Part shown: positions 18,798 through 26,941 of the stretch, piece by piece
Numbering within the stretch: the first letter of the stretch is position 1
Layout: each line of letters starts with the position of its first letter
Assembly: GCA_027334715.1 (NCBI GenBank)
Contig: DAHWUG010000003.1
Span: 9,485-73,484 of the forward strand
Reading direction: 5' to 3'
DNA: 64,000 nt
From: Nanobdellota archaeon
Lineage (GTDB): Archaea > Nanobdellota > Nanobdellia > Pacearchaeales > GW2011-AR1
Program-made: the position numbers and the translations under genes
Notes under the pieces: model-generated
The model's database searches: none
Seen by the model: only the letters and a program-made list of their open reading frames with translations
Told to the model about the DNA's origin: nothing

Positions 18798-20198
18798 CTA
18801 GAAAGGTTTCTTTGGCTGAACTTTCTTGTATCTTTTTTTGTAGAAAATATAAATCACAAACAATGCAACAGCAAGCAAAATCCAGCCAATCCATCCGGAA
18901 GAACTTTGCTGCGGCTCCTGGCATATTCCTGGACTGAGGCAGCAAACGCCGGGATCATTTGTGTCTTCAAACTTACCACTGCATGTCTGATTTGAGTTGC
19001 AAACTGTTCCGTTAAGCTGACTGCATGTCGTAACAATAGAAGAAATGTTCCCGGATTCATTAAAATTGCTAATGAAGTTTAGATTAAGATTAAATGATGA
19101 GGAAAAATTGCCATTGTATGCAGTAACTATTCCGTTAATTGTTGATTCATTTCCATCTGATGCAATATTAAGTTCTATCTGCTGATTTGTATTTGGATTT
19201 AAAGAAGTCACGTTACTTGGATTTAGGATAACATAAGGTTCAAGTGAAGGAGACATGTTGAAAGAAATGTTTGTTATTGTATCATTTCCGGTATTTGTCA
19301 AATACAAAATTCTTGATATGTTTGAGTTCGTTGCAAACGACACATTTACTGAATTTGGCTGAAATGCAATTTCCTGAAAACCGGAAATTTCTGTTCCTGA
19401 GCTATTTCCTGATGGCTGCTGAGCCTGGTTTGTATTAAGATAAACGGGAAGGTCAAATGTCGAATTTCCTGAGGAAAATTCAATGTAAACAAGCCCGTTT
19501 TGCGAAAACTGGCTTATCGGAAAATTTATTGTTGCTGTTTCAGCAGGATTTAATGTGACGGAGCTTGCATTTATTATTGCGCTTGTGTTTGTGCTTCCTG
19601 AGCCGAAAAGAGATGCAAAAAATCCTGAGCCGGAACTTGCTGAGTTTTCTTTCAGTCCATAATTGATTGTAATTTTACTGCCAAGAACATTTCTAAGATG
19701 CACTGAGAAATCCGTGTTCGCATTTACTGCTCCGGGATTTGTTGAAAATGCAAAGGTGTTGTTTGTTATGAAAAAATTCTGGCCGAAAGAGGCACTTGAA
19801 ATCTGGTTTGCAGCTGTGTAATAACTGACTCCTGAGATGTTCATTGAATACTCTCCGGGTGGGAATTGGGAAGAAGAGCCAGCAAGACTGGCATAAACAT
19901 AGTAATCATCACCAATCCTTACAACCCCGTCATTTATTGGAATTTGAGTGTGGCCCCTGTAAAACGCGACATAGTCTGTAGTTATTTGATTTATGAATGA
20001 ACCTGAAACAACTGTGACAAGCGTTTCTCCCTGTGAAAAATTTTGGTTCATTGAAATCTGCACTGCTGAAACAAAGGGGAAAAATAGTGCTGAAAAAAAT
20101 GTTAGCATAACCAGAAATTTTAAGGGAATAAAACCAGACATTAAGCTTTTATTATTGGCCTTAAATTTTATTCTTAATGTTTTTTCGACTGTATTCAT
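18798..20198 (-). CDS. secreted Ig-like surface glycoprotein with Cys module and C-terminal TM anchor
   Basis: signal peptide; many N-x-S/T sequons; CSQLNGTVC...CC module; WIGWILL TM followed by KKRYKK. Confidence 0.85.
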   Translation of the reverse strand: MNTVEKTLRIKFKANNKSLMSGFIPLKFLVMLTFFSALFFPFVSAVQISMNQNFSQGETLVTVVSGSFINQITTDYVAFYRGHTQIPINDGVVRIGDDYYVYASLAGSSSQFPPGEYSMNISGVSYYTAANQISSASFGQNFFITNNTFAFSTNPGAVNANTDFSVHLRNVLGSKITINYGLKENSASSGSGFFASLFGSGSTNTSAIINASSVTLNPAETATINFPISQFSQNGLVYIEFSSGNSTFDLPVYLNTNQAQQPSGNSSGTEISGFQEIAFQPNSVNVSFATNSNISRILYLTNTGNDTITNISFNMSPSLEPYVILNPSNVTSLNPNTNQQIELNIASDGNESTINGIVTAYNGNFSSSFNLNLNFISNFNESGNISSIVTTCSQLNGTVCNSNQTCSGKFEDTNDPGVCCLSPGICQEPQQSSSGWIGWILLAVALFVIYIFYKKRYKKVQPKKPF

Positions 20199-20245
20199 AT
20201 CAATTAAAGAAAAAACAGGTTAATAAATTTTAATATGCTGCAGAA

Positions 20246-22066
20246 TTACTTGCCCATCTCTTTCAGCTTCTTAAGAACTTCATCAAGCTCATTCTGGGAT
20301 TTTGAAGGCACCCTTCTTATTGGCTGTGATGGTCTTTGTGGGGGAATAATTATTCTTCTCTCAGGCATTCTTTGAATTGGTCGTGGGTAATAAGGAGGAC
20401 CTCTTGGAGGCTGCATTCCAGGCTTTGATGATGTTTTTCCTTCCTTGAAAATTATTGCCCTTAATTTTTTCCTGAAAATAATTCCTAAACCGACAAGAAC
20501 AATAAGAATGACCAAAATCCATATCCATAAAGAACTTCCCCCGCTGGATGAAGAAGATGGCGCTGTTGAAATGACGCAGCATGTATCTCCTGGCAAAGTG
20601 CATGTGTAAGAATTTGTTGCCTGTTCTCCGGTTGCACATCCTCCTGCTCTGCAAGTTCCATTGTTTGATGTGCAATCATCAGTTGAAGTTGCTGTTTGTG
20701 TAATACAACCATAATTACTGCAGCATAATTGAGATGAATTTGTGTCTGATGAAGGAAGATTAGTGTTTCCAAGTCCACAAATCTGATTTGAAGAACAAAT
20801 TTCGCCACCTTGTTCAGCACATGTTTGCTGGGAAGGTGGTGTATTACAGCATACAGACAAAGAAGAACACTGATAATTTGTAAGGATGTTTTCCTGAGAG
20901 CATTGTGCAAGCAATGTGCAGGAATGTCCTGCTGTTATACAGTCGGGAGGGCCTGTTGGTCCTCCTCCTGAAGAAAACTGCCTTGGCCATGAAGATGCAA
21001 GGATAAATGCAGTGTCTCTTATGTTTCCTGAATTCCAGCATCCGGCAGAATCCTGGGAGCCAAGAAGCCATGTCTGTGCATTTGTTTTTTCAGATGAATT
21101 TTCATTTTGCAGAGGGTAAAGTGCCAGAGCTGTATCATAATATTTGTCGCCTGATTCCATCCAGTATTCGCTGCTTTGCTGCAATAAAAGAAGGGAAGTT
21201 TTATACTGTAATTTTGCAGTCAAAGCATAAAGAAATGCATCTGGCAAAAATTTCTGGTTTTCGTCAGCCATGACAATCAGGTAAGGAAGATAGTTTGAAA
21301 TGTCCTGCCCCGCAGCGTTTAATGCAAGAGCTGCCCAGAGAGTTCCTTCATAATCGCAGGTTGTTCCTGTAGAGAAGCAGGATGATTTAACATTTTCAGT
21401 TGTTGTTCCTCCTGATGCTGCAGAGTTTGTAGTGTCTGTGACATAAACTGTTGATGACGTTGATTTCCGGAAAAGTGTTGTTGTCAAAAAATCATTAGTG
21501 CATGAAATCTGGAAATTCTTGTTGTAACATGAAGGGGAAACCTGAAGCAAATAGCCATTCTGAGAAAGTGCAAGGCAGTTTCCTGCTCCGCTGCTTAATT
21601 GCTTGTTTTCGTCTATATTAACTGTGTAAGATTGGCCGGAGTTATACTCTATAGTACAACTCGTTGAATTTGAACTGTCAATCTCAAGATACCATACAAT
21701 CTGCGTCGGTGTTGCATTTTGCGAATAAAGCCAGTTTTGCGCGCTTGATGAATCTCCACCAGAACTATTCAAGGCAAGAAGAGCCTGCGCAGTTGTCTTT
21801 ATTGAGCATCCTGATGATGGCCAGCATTTGCCAGAACCAATTGTTTTTGCGTCAGAGAGAAGATCTGACTGGCATTGCCCTATTGCAAGAAGTGAAAATG
21901 CCTTTTCTTCATCTGTCAAACTTGAGCAACTGTTGTTAATTTTATTTGACAGGCACTGGTATGCCTTGTCAATGCCCGTAAGATTTGAGGAAGTGTCTGC
22001 AGCAACAAAAGTCAAGCCAAGAAACAAAAGTATAAAGAAAATATACACCCCTCTTTTTTTCATCAT
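20246..22066 (-). CDS. secreted protein with alpha/alpha-toroid-like repeats, Cys-rich repeats, TM anchor and Pro/Arg tail
   Basis: TAxALLAL-type helices, WLLGSQDSAGCW, three C..C..C..CC repeats, LWIWILVIL TM. Confidence 0.85.
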   Translation of the reverse strand: MMKKRGVYIFFILLFLGLTFVAADTSSNLTGIDKAYQCLSNKINNSCSSLTDEEKAFSLLAIGQCQSDLLSDAKTIGSGKCWPSSGCSIKTTAQALLALNSSGGDSSSAQNWLYSQNATPTQIVWYLEIDSSNSTSCTIEYNSGQSYTVNIDENKQLSSGAGNCLALSQNGYLLQVSPSCYNKNFQISCTNDFLTTTLFRKSTSSTVYVTDTTNSAASGGTTTENVKSSCFSTGTTCDYEGTLWAALALNAAGQDISNYLPYLIVMADENQKFLPDAFLYALTAKLQYKTSLLLLQQSSEYWMESGDKYYDTALALYPLQNENSSEKTNAQTWLLGSQDSAGCWNSGNIRDTAFILASSWPRQFSSGGGPTGPPDCITAGHSCTLLAQCSQENILTNYQCSSLSVCCNTPPSQQTCAEQGGEICSSNQICGLGNTNLPSSDTNSSQLCCSNYGCITQTATSTDDCTSNNGTCRAGGCATGEQATNSYTCTLPGDTCCVISTAPSSSSSGGSSLWIWILVILIVLVGLGIIFRKKLRAIIFKEGKTSSKPGMQPPRGPPYYPRPIQRMPERRIIIPPQRPSQPIRRVPSKSQNELDEVLKKLKEMGK

Positions 22067-22074
22067 ATATAGAG

Positions 22075-23442
22075 TTATACTTTATTTTTAAAATTATCTT
22101 TAGTGAAATTCTTTTTTCCGGCTTTACTTATTCTTTCATTAGCACGTTTTTCCTCGTGTTCGTCCCTCAGAGTTTTTCTTATCATGAAGCTTGAAGGATT
22201 TTTGTATCTCAATTCCTCCTCTGTTGGAACTATTCCTATTCCCTTGTAATAATCCTTGTCATAATTTGGCGGAGGAATCGGCTTTCCCCTAAAGCTTGAA
22301 ATCAACTGGGAGACAATATATCCCCCCTTAAGGGGAGTTTCATTTTTTTTGTTCCATTCATGAAGAATTTTTTCAATGTCTTTTCTGTCCATGCCGACTG
22401 AGCGGAAAAAATTTGTTATGATGAAAAGAGCACGCTTTCTGCCGTCGCCTTTCATTCCTTCAAGGATTTTCCTGATGCTTGGAGGATAATTCTTTTCAGA
22501 TATTGATTTCAGTGCAACTTGAGAAAATAATTTTCCTTCATAGTTTTTTTGCTCATCCTGCTCTGGATTTTGCGTCTTGTTCCAGTCAAGAGCCTCGCGA
22601 AGTAATTCTGAAGCTTCGCCATCTTTTGAATCAGGCATGAAATTCCTTATCTCAACCTTGAAAGGATCTGCATCTTTTGGCTGGAATTTCTGTATTACCT
22701 CTGGCTCTGGCTTTAAGACAACGCTTGCCAATGCTGTTTTTTCATGAAGAGAATATGGCATCCTGAAAAGATGCCTTGATGAAACAAGAATCAAGTCAGG
22801 AACAACTTCTGCTGAGGCTGAAAAATCCCTTACATATTTGTTTGGCTTTGTAAGCTGGGTTATTTTTTCCGTGAGTTCTTTTTTTGTGATGTCCATTACA
22901 TATTTTGTGATTATTCTTGGCCATTCAGGAAACATGTCAGAAGTGTTTATGTTGTAAATTGTTTTTGGAAAAGCTTTCCATGGAACAATTATGTGAAATC
23001 CCTTGCTGCCTGAAAATTTTATCCCAATATTTTTCACGCCATGAAATCTCAGGACTTTTATTATAAGCTCTGCCATTATCTTGCTGTAATCAAGATATTT
23101 TGAATCAATATCAAGCAAAAGGTCCCAGCCTGTTCTTAGTTCATTTAGTTGCTTCTGGCTCATTCCTGTTGAAATTTTCAAGGGGTCTGTCCAGATTTCT
23201 TCTGAACAATGAAAAGAAGTCGCGCCGTTTTTCACCATCTCAAAAATGTCTCCAGGATACTGGAAAGTGTCCGGTCTCTTACCAAAGCTTTCCATCATAT
23301 AGCTTGGAGCTACTTCACGATTGGCTGAAAATGAGAAGATGGCTTTCTGGATGTCTTTTCTTGAGTAATAAAGATGGTTTATTTTCCTTATTCTTTCCTC
23401 CTTAATTCTTGAAGAATCTGGTTTAGCCTGAGAATTTTCCAT
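22075..23442 (-). CDS. DNA primase, fused PriS-PriL (DPANN type)
   Basis: GWDLLLDID, KFSGSKGFHI, RHLFRMPYSLHEK, then PriL-CTD-like PPSI...DGRKRALF. Confidence 0.9.
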   Translation of the reverse strand: MENSQAKPDSSRIKEERIRKINHLYYSRKDIQKAIFSFSANREVAPSYMMESFGKRPDTFQYPGDIFEMVKNGATSFHCSEEIWTDPLKISTGMSQKQLNELRTGWDLLLDIDSKYLDYSKIMAELIIKVLRFHGVKNIGIKFSGSKGFHIIVPWKAFPKTIYNINTSDMFPEWPRIITKYVMDITKKELTEKITQLTKPNKYVRDFSASAEVVPDLILVSSRHLFRMPYSLHEKTALASVVLKPEPEVIQKFQPKDADPFKVEIRNFMPDSKDGEASELLREALDWNKTQNPEQDEQKNYEGKLFSQVALKSISEKNYPPSIRKILEGMKGDGRKRALFIITNFFRSVGMDRKDIEKILHEWNKKNETPLKGGYIVSQLISSFRGKPIPPPNYDKDYYKGIGIVPTEEELRYKNPSSFMIRKTLRDEHEEKRANERISKAGKKNFTKDNFKNKV

Positions 23443-23559
23443 TGTTTTTCCAAACAGAACAATATTTATATAATTACTCTATACTTCATAATAACAATAC
23501 TTAAAAGTGGAGTATTGCTTTTTAAAAAAGCAGGATTAATATTTCCGCGCATCATAAAA

Positions 23560-24285
23560 ATGCTTGTAAAACTTGAAAACCCGCTTCTTTTGTCGAGGAT
23601 TGTTGATGTAATATCTGAGATAGTAGCAGAAGTCAGGATAAAAATCAATGAAAATGGGTTAAGCATAGATGCAATGGACCCTGCAAATGTGTCAATGGTT
23701 CATTTTGTCCTTCCAAAAAGCTCTTTTTCAAAGTTTGAAACAGGTGCAGAAGTTCTTGGAATAAACCTTGAGAACCTGAAAAGGATACTTAAGAGATCAG
23801 GGCCAGGAAGCTCTCTAATACTAGAAAAGCAGGACAATTACCTCAATATACTTATACAGGACAAGATAAAAAGAACGTTCAATCTTAGCCTTATTGAAGT
23901 TGAAAGTGAGGAAAAAGAAATGCCAAACCTTGAATTCAGCTCTGTTGTTGAATTAAATTCCACTGATTTAATTGACTCAATTGAAGACTGCGCTGTTGTT
24001 GCAGATGCATGCGCCTTTGTTGTCAAGGATAGCAAATTTATTATTGAAGCAAAGGGACTAAACAGCGCAATGTCTGAATTTTCAGCAGATGAGGCAAAGA
24101 TTTCTGCAGAAAACTGCAAATCAAGATACAGCCTGGAATATCTGCAGAAATTCGTGAAGGCATCAAGGCTCTCTGACAAAACAGTTCTCCGTTTTGCAGA
24201 TGACCACCCATTAAGAATGGATGTAAAAAATGATTTTCTTGAGCTGTCATTTCTTCTCGCGCCCCGTGTCGAAACCGAAGATTAA
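23560..24285 (+). CDS. pcn: PCNA sliding clamp
   Basis: AMDPANVSMV, YSLEYL, DHPL, FLLAPRVE. Confidence 0.96.
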   Translation: MLVKLENPLLLSRIVDVISEIVAEVRIKINENGLSIDAMDPANVSMVHFVLPKSSFSKFETGAEVLGINLENLKRILKRSGPGSSLILEKQDNYLNILIQDKIKRTFNLSLIEVESEEKEMPNLEFSSVVELNSTDLIDSIEDCAVVADACAFVVKDSKFIIEAKGLNSAMSEFSADEAKISAENCKSRYSLEYLQKFVKASRLSDKTVLRFADDHPLRMDVKNDFLELSFLLAPRVETED

Positions 24286-24321
24286 AACAAGATTTATAAA
24301 CAAAATTTTCTTGTATAAACA

Positions 24322-25101
24322 ATGGAAAAGAGGGGCCAGGTGACTTTTTTTATTATCATTGCAATCATAATAATTGTGGCAGGCGTTCTTGTCTATTTTT
24401 TTGTTCCAAAAGCTTCAACACAGACAACTTTTGATGTAAAAAATCCGCAGGGTTTTATACAATCATGCCTTCAGAAAACAATTGAAGGAAGAATAACGAC
24501 TCTTTCTCTTCAGGGAGGAAGTCTAAATCCTGAATTTTATTTTACATACGAAAACAACAAGGTGCAATATCTTTGCTACACAAATGAATATTACAGCAAA
24601 TGTGTTGTCCAGCCACCAATCCTTACGCAGCAATATATTGAGTCAGAAATAAAAGATTCAATTTCAAGCGATGTCAGTTCGTGCTTTGACAGCCTGCAGC
24701 AGAGTTATAAAAACGATGGCTATGTTCCAAGCCTTAAAATAGGAACAACAGTTGTGGAAGTTCTTCCAAACAAAGTTGTCACAGATTTTCAAAATTACAC
24801 ACTAACTGTAACAAAGGGCTCAACATCCACTTACAATTCCTTTAGTGTTGTTTTGAACAATAATCTTTATGAATTACTGGGTATAGCTAATAATATTGTT
24901 GAATGGGAAGCAACATACGGCGATGCTTCAACATCAGCATACATGACATATTACGAGAATTTGAAAGTTGAAAAAATGGTCCAGAATGACGGAACAAAGA
25001 TTTACATCTTGACAGACAGGAACACAGGAAATAAATTCCAGTTTGCATCAAGAAGTATTGTATACCCTCCTGGCTACAGTTCAGGAGTCACATCAGGTTA
25101 A
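24322..25101 (+). CDS. pilin-like protein with class III signal peptide
   Basis: KRGQ/VTFFIIIAIIII; LQGG and YLCY motifs; Cys pairs. Confidence 0.8.
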   Translation: MEKRGQVTFFIIIAIIIIVAGVLVYFFVPKASTQTTFDVKNPQGFIQSCLQKTIEGRITTLSLQGGSLNPEFYFTYENNKVQYLCYTNEYYSKCVVQPPILTQQYIESEIKDSISSDVSSCFDSLQQSYKNDGYVPSLKIGTTVVEVLPNKVVTDFQNYTLTVTKGSTSTYNSFSVVLNNNLYELLGIANNIVEWEATYGDASTSAYMTYYENLKVEKMVQNDGTKIYILTDRNTGNKFQFASRSIVYPPGYSSGVTSG

Positions 25102-25117
25102 ATAAAAGAGATAAAAA

Positions 25118-26923
25118 ATGGCAAAAGAGTGTGATTTAAGCATAAGAGAAAGAAATTATGTGATTAGCAAAAAGAAGTTATTAACTATTTTTCTAATAGC
25201 GGGAATTTTGGCATTAACAATTTTATTCTTTACAAATAAAGTTTCTGCAGATACACCTGCAAATTCATATTGCTGCGAAAAATTACAAGGCGGTGGATGG
25301 TGTCAGAATGTAAATGACATTTCTTTGTGTGCAACAGGAAATGGATTAAGCACTCCTGCACCAACTTCATGCCAGTCAACAAGCTATTGCAGGCTTGGGA
25401 CATGTGTTAATCCCCAGGAGGGTACATGCTTGCCAAATGTTCCATCACAGGTTTGTCAGAACAGCAAGGGAACATGGTTTGACGGAACTCCTAGCACAAT
25501 TCCTCAGTGCAAGCTTGGATGCTGTTTCATTGGAGACCAGACAGCATTTGTCACCCAGACAAGGTGCAAGAATTTTGCAGGTGTTTACGGAGTGAATACA
25601 ACATTCAGGACAGATATAACAGATGAAACAACATGCATTGAAAGCGCAAACCCTCAGCAAATGGGCGCTTGTGTTCTGGATAATGGCGTGACACGAAACT
25701 GCAGACTTTTGTCAAGAGGTGATTGTCAGCAGCTGCAAACAGCCTCTTCAGGTAATACAACTGTAGAATTCCATGAAGGCCTTTTGTGCACTGCAGAAAC
25801 CCTGAACACAGAATGTGCGCCTACAAAAAATACAGAATGCGTCCCTGGACAGGATCAGGTTTATTTTGTTGACTCATGTGGAAACATGGCAAATGTTTAT
25901 GACTCTTCAAAACTAAAGGACCCAACATACTGGACAAACATAATTGATCCTTCTGCAAGCTGTAATCCTGGATCAAGCAATGCCGGCTCTTCTTCATGTG
26001 GCAACTGCAACTATCTTGCAGGAAGCACCTGTAAACCATACCAGAGAGGAAACCAGCAAACACCTAATCAGCCAAGCACTGGAAATTTTGTATGCGCTGA
26101 TTTGAGCTGTCATTACAATGGGAAGGTTTATTCTCAAGGCTCAAGCTGGTGCGTAACGAATACGCAAGGGGCAAGCAGCAATTCTCCTGGAAGCGAATAT
26201 GCGGTGCAAAGATGCTTCAATGGAGAAGTCACTACAGAATTGTGCGACCCTTACAGGAACCAGGTTTGTCTTCAAGGTTCTCTCAACGGAAGCAGCAGCA
26301 GTTTTCCTGTTGCGGAATGCGCTGTAAACAGATGGGAGGATTGCACTGTGCAAACAAATGAGCAAGACTGTTTGAACACTGACCAAAGAGACTGCAAGTG
26401 GGTAAATCTGACAAGCGCTACAGATGAAAATGGGAATCCTGTTGTTGTCAACAGCAACGGAACTCTCGTTCCTCAAGGCCAAGGACAGAAATTCTATGTG
26501 GGAACAGTTAATGTCGGGGGATTTAGTTTACAGTTAACAAAGGAAATTGGCGCTGCATGCGTTCCAGAATATTCTCCAGGATTTGTTTTCTGGAACGGCA
26601 CACAGGACAGCAAAGATAGTGGGTTGGCAAGTCCCCAGGCTATATGTGCACAGGCAAACCAGAAATGTGTTGTCAAATTCACAAGAAACGCAGTTGGCGG
26701 CTTTCTTGGGATTTCAAGCTGGTCATGCCAGAGTGGTTGCGAATGCGTCGGACTTTCCAAAGGAGCTCATCTGCCAGACATTAATGCAGTCTCACAGTGG
26801 ATAAACCAAAGGATGGGGATGTGTGTTTCCATTGGTGATTGCGGCAACAAAACAAATTACATTGGAAATCCAGGATATAATAGTAATATCAACAATTTTG
26901 TTACAATATCAAAAGGTCAATGA
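25118..26923 (+). CDS. very Cys-rich secreted protein
   Basis: signal peptide; dense C, CC and CxC motifs over 601 aa. Confidence 0.85.
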   Translation: MAKECDLSIRERNYVISKKKLLTIFLIAGILALTILFFTNKVSADTPANSYCCEKLQGGGWCQNVNDISLCATGNGLSTPAPTSCQSTSYCRLGTCVNPQEGTCLPNVPSQVCQNSKGTWFDGTPSTIPQCKLGCCFIGDQTAFVTQTRCKNFAGVYGVNTTFRTDITDETTCIESANPQQMGACVLDNGVTRNCRLLSRGDCQQLQTASSGNTTVEFHEGLLCTAETLNTECAPTKNTECVPGQDQVYFVDSCGNMANVYDSSKLKDPTYWTNIIDPSASCNPGSSNAGSSSCGNCNYLAGSTCKPYQRGNQQTPNQPSTGNFVCADLSCHYNGKVYSQGSSWCVTNTQGASSNSPGSEYAVQRCFNGEVTTELCDPYRNQVCLQGSLNGSSSSFPVAECAVNRWEDCTVQTNEQDCLNTDQRDCKWVNLTSATDENGNPVVVNSNGTLVPQGQGQKFYVGTVNVGGFSLQLTKEIGAACVPEYSPGFVFWNGTQDSKDSGLASPQAICAQANQKCVVKFTRNAVGGFLGISSWSCQSGCECVGLSKGAHLPDINAVSQWINQRMGMCVSIGDCGNKTNYIGNPGYNSNINNFVTISKGQ

Positions 26924-26941
26924 TAAAAAATAGTAATTAAG

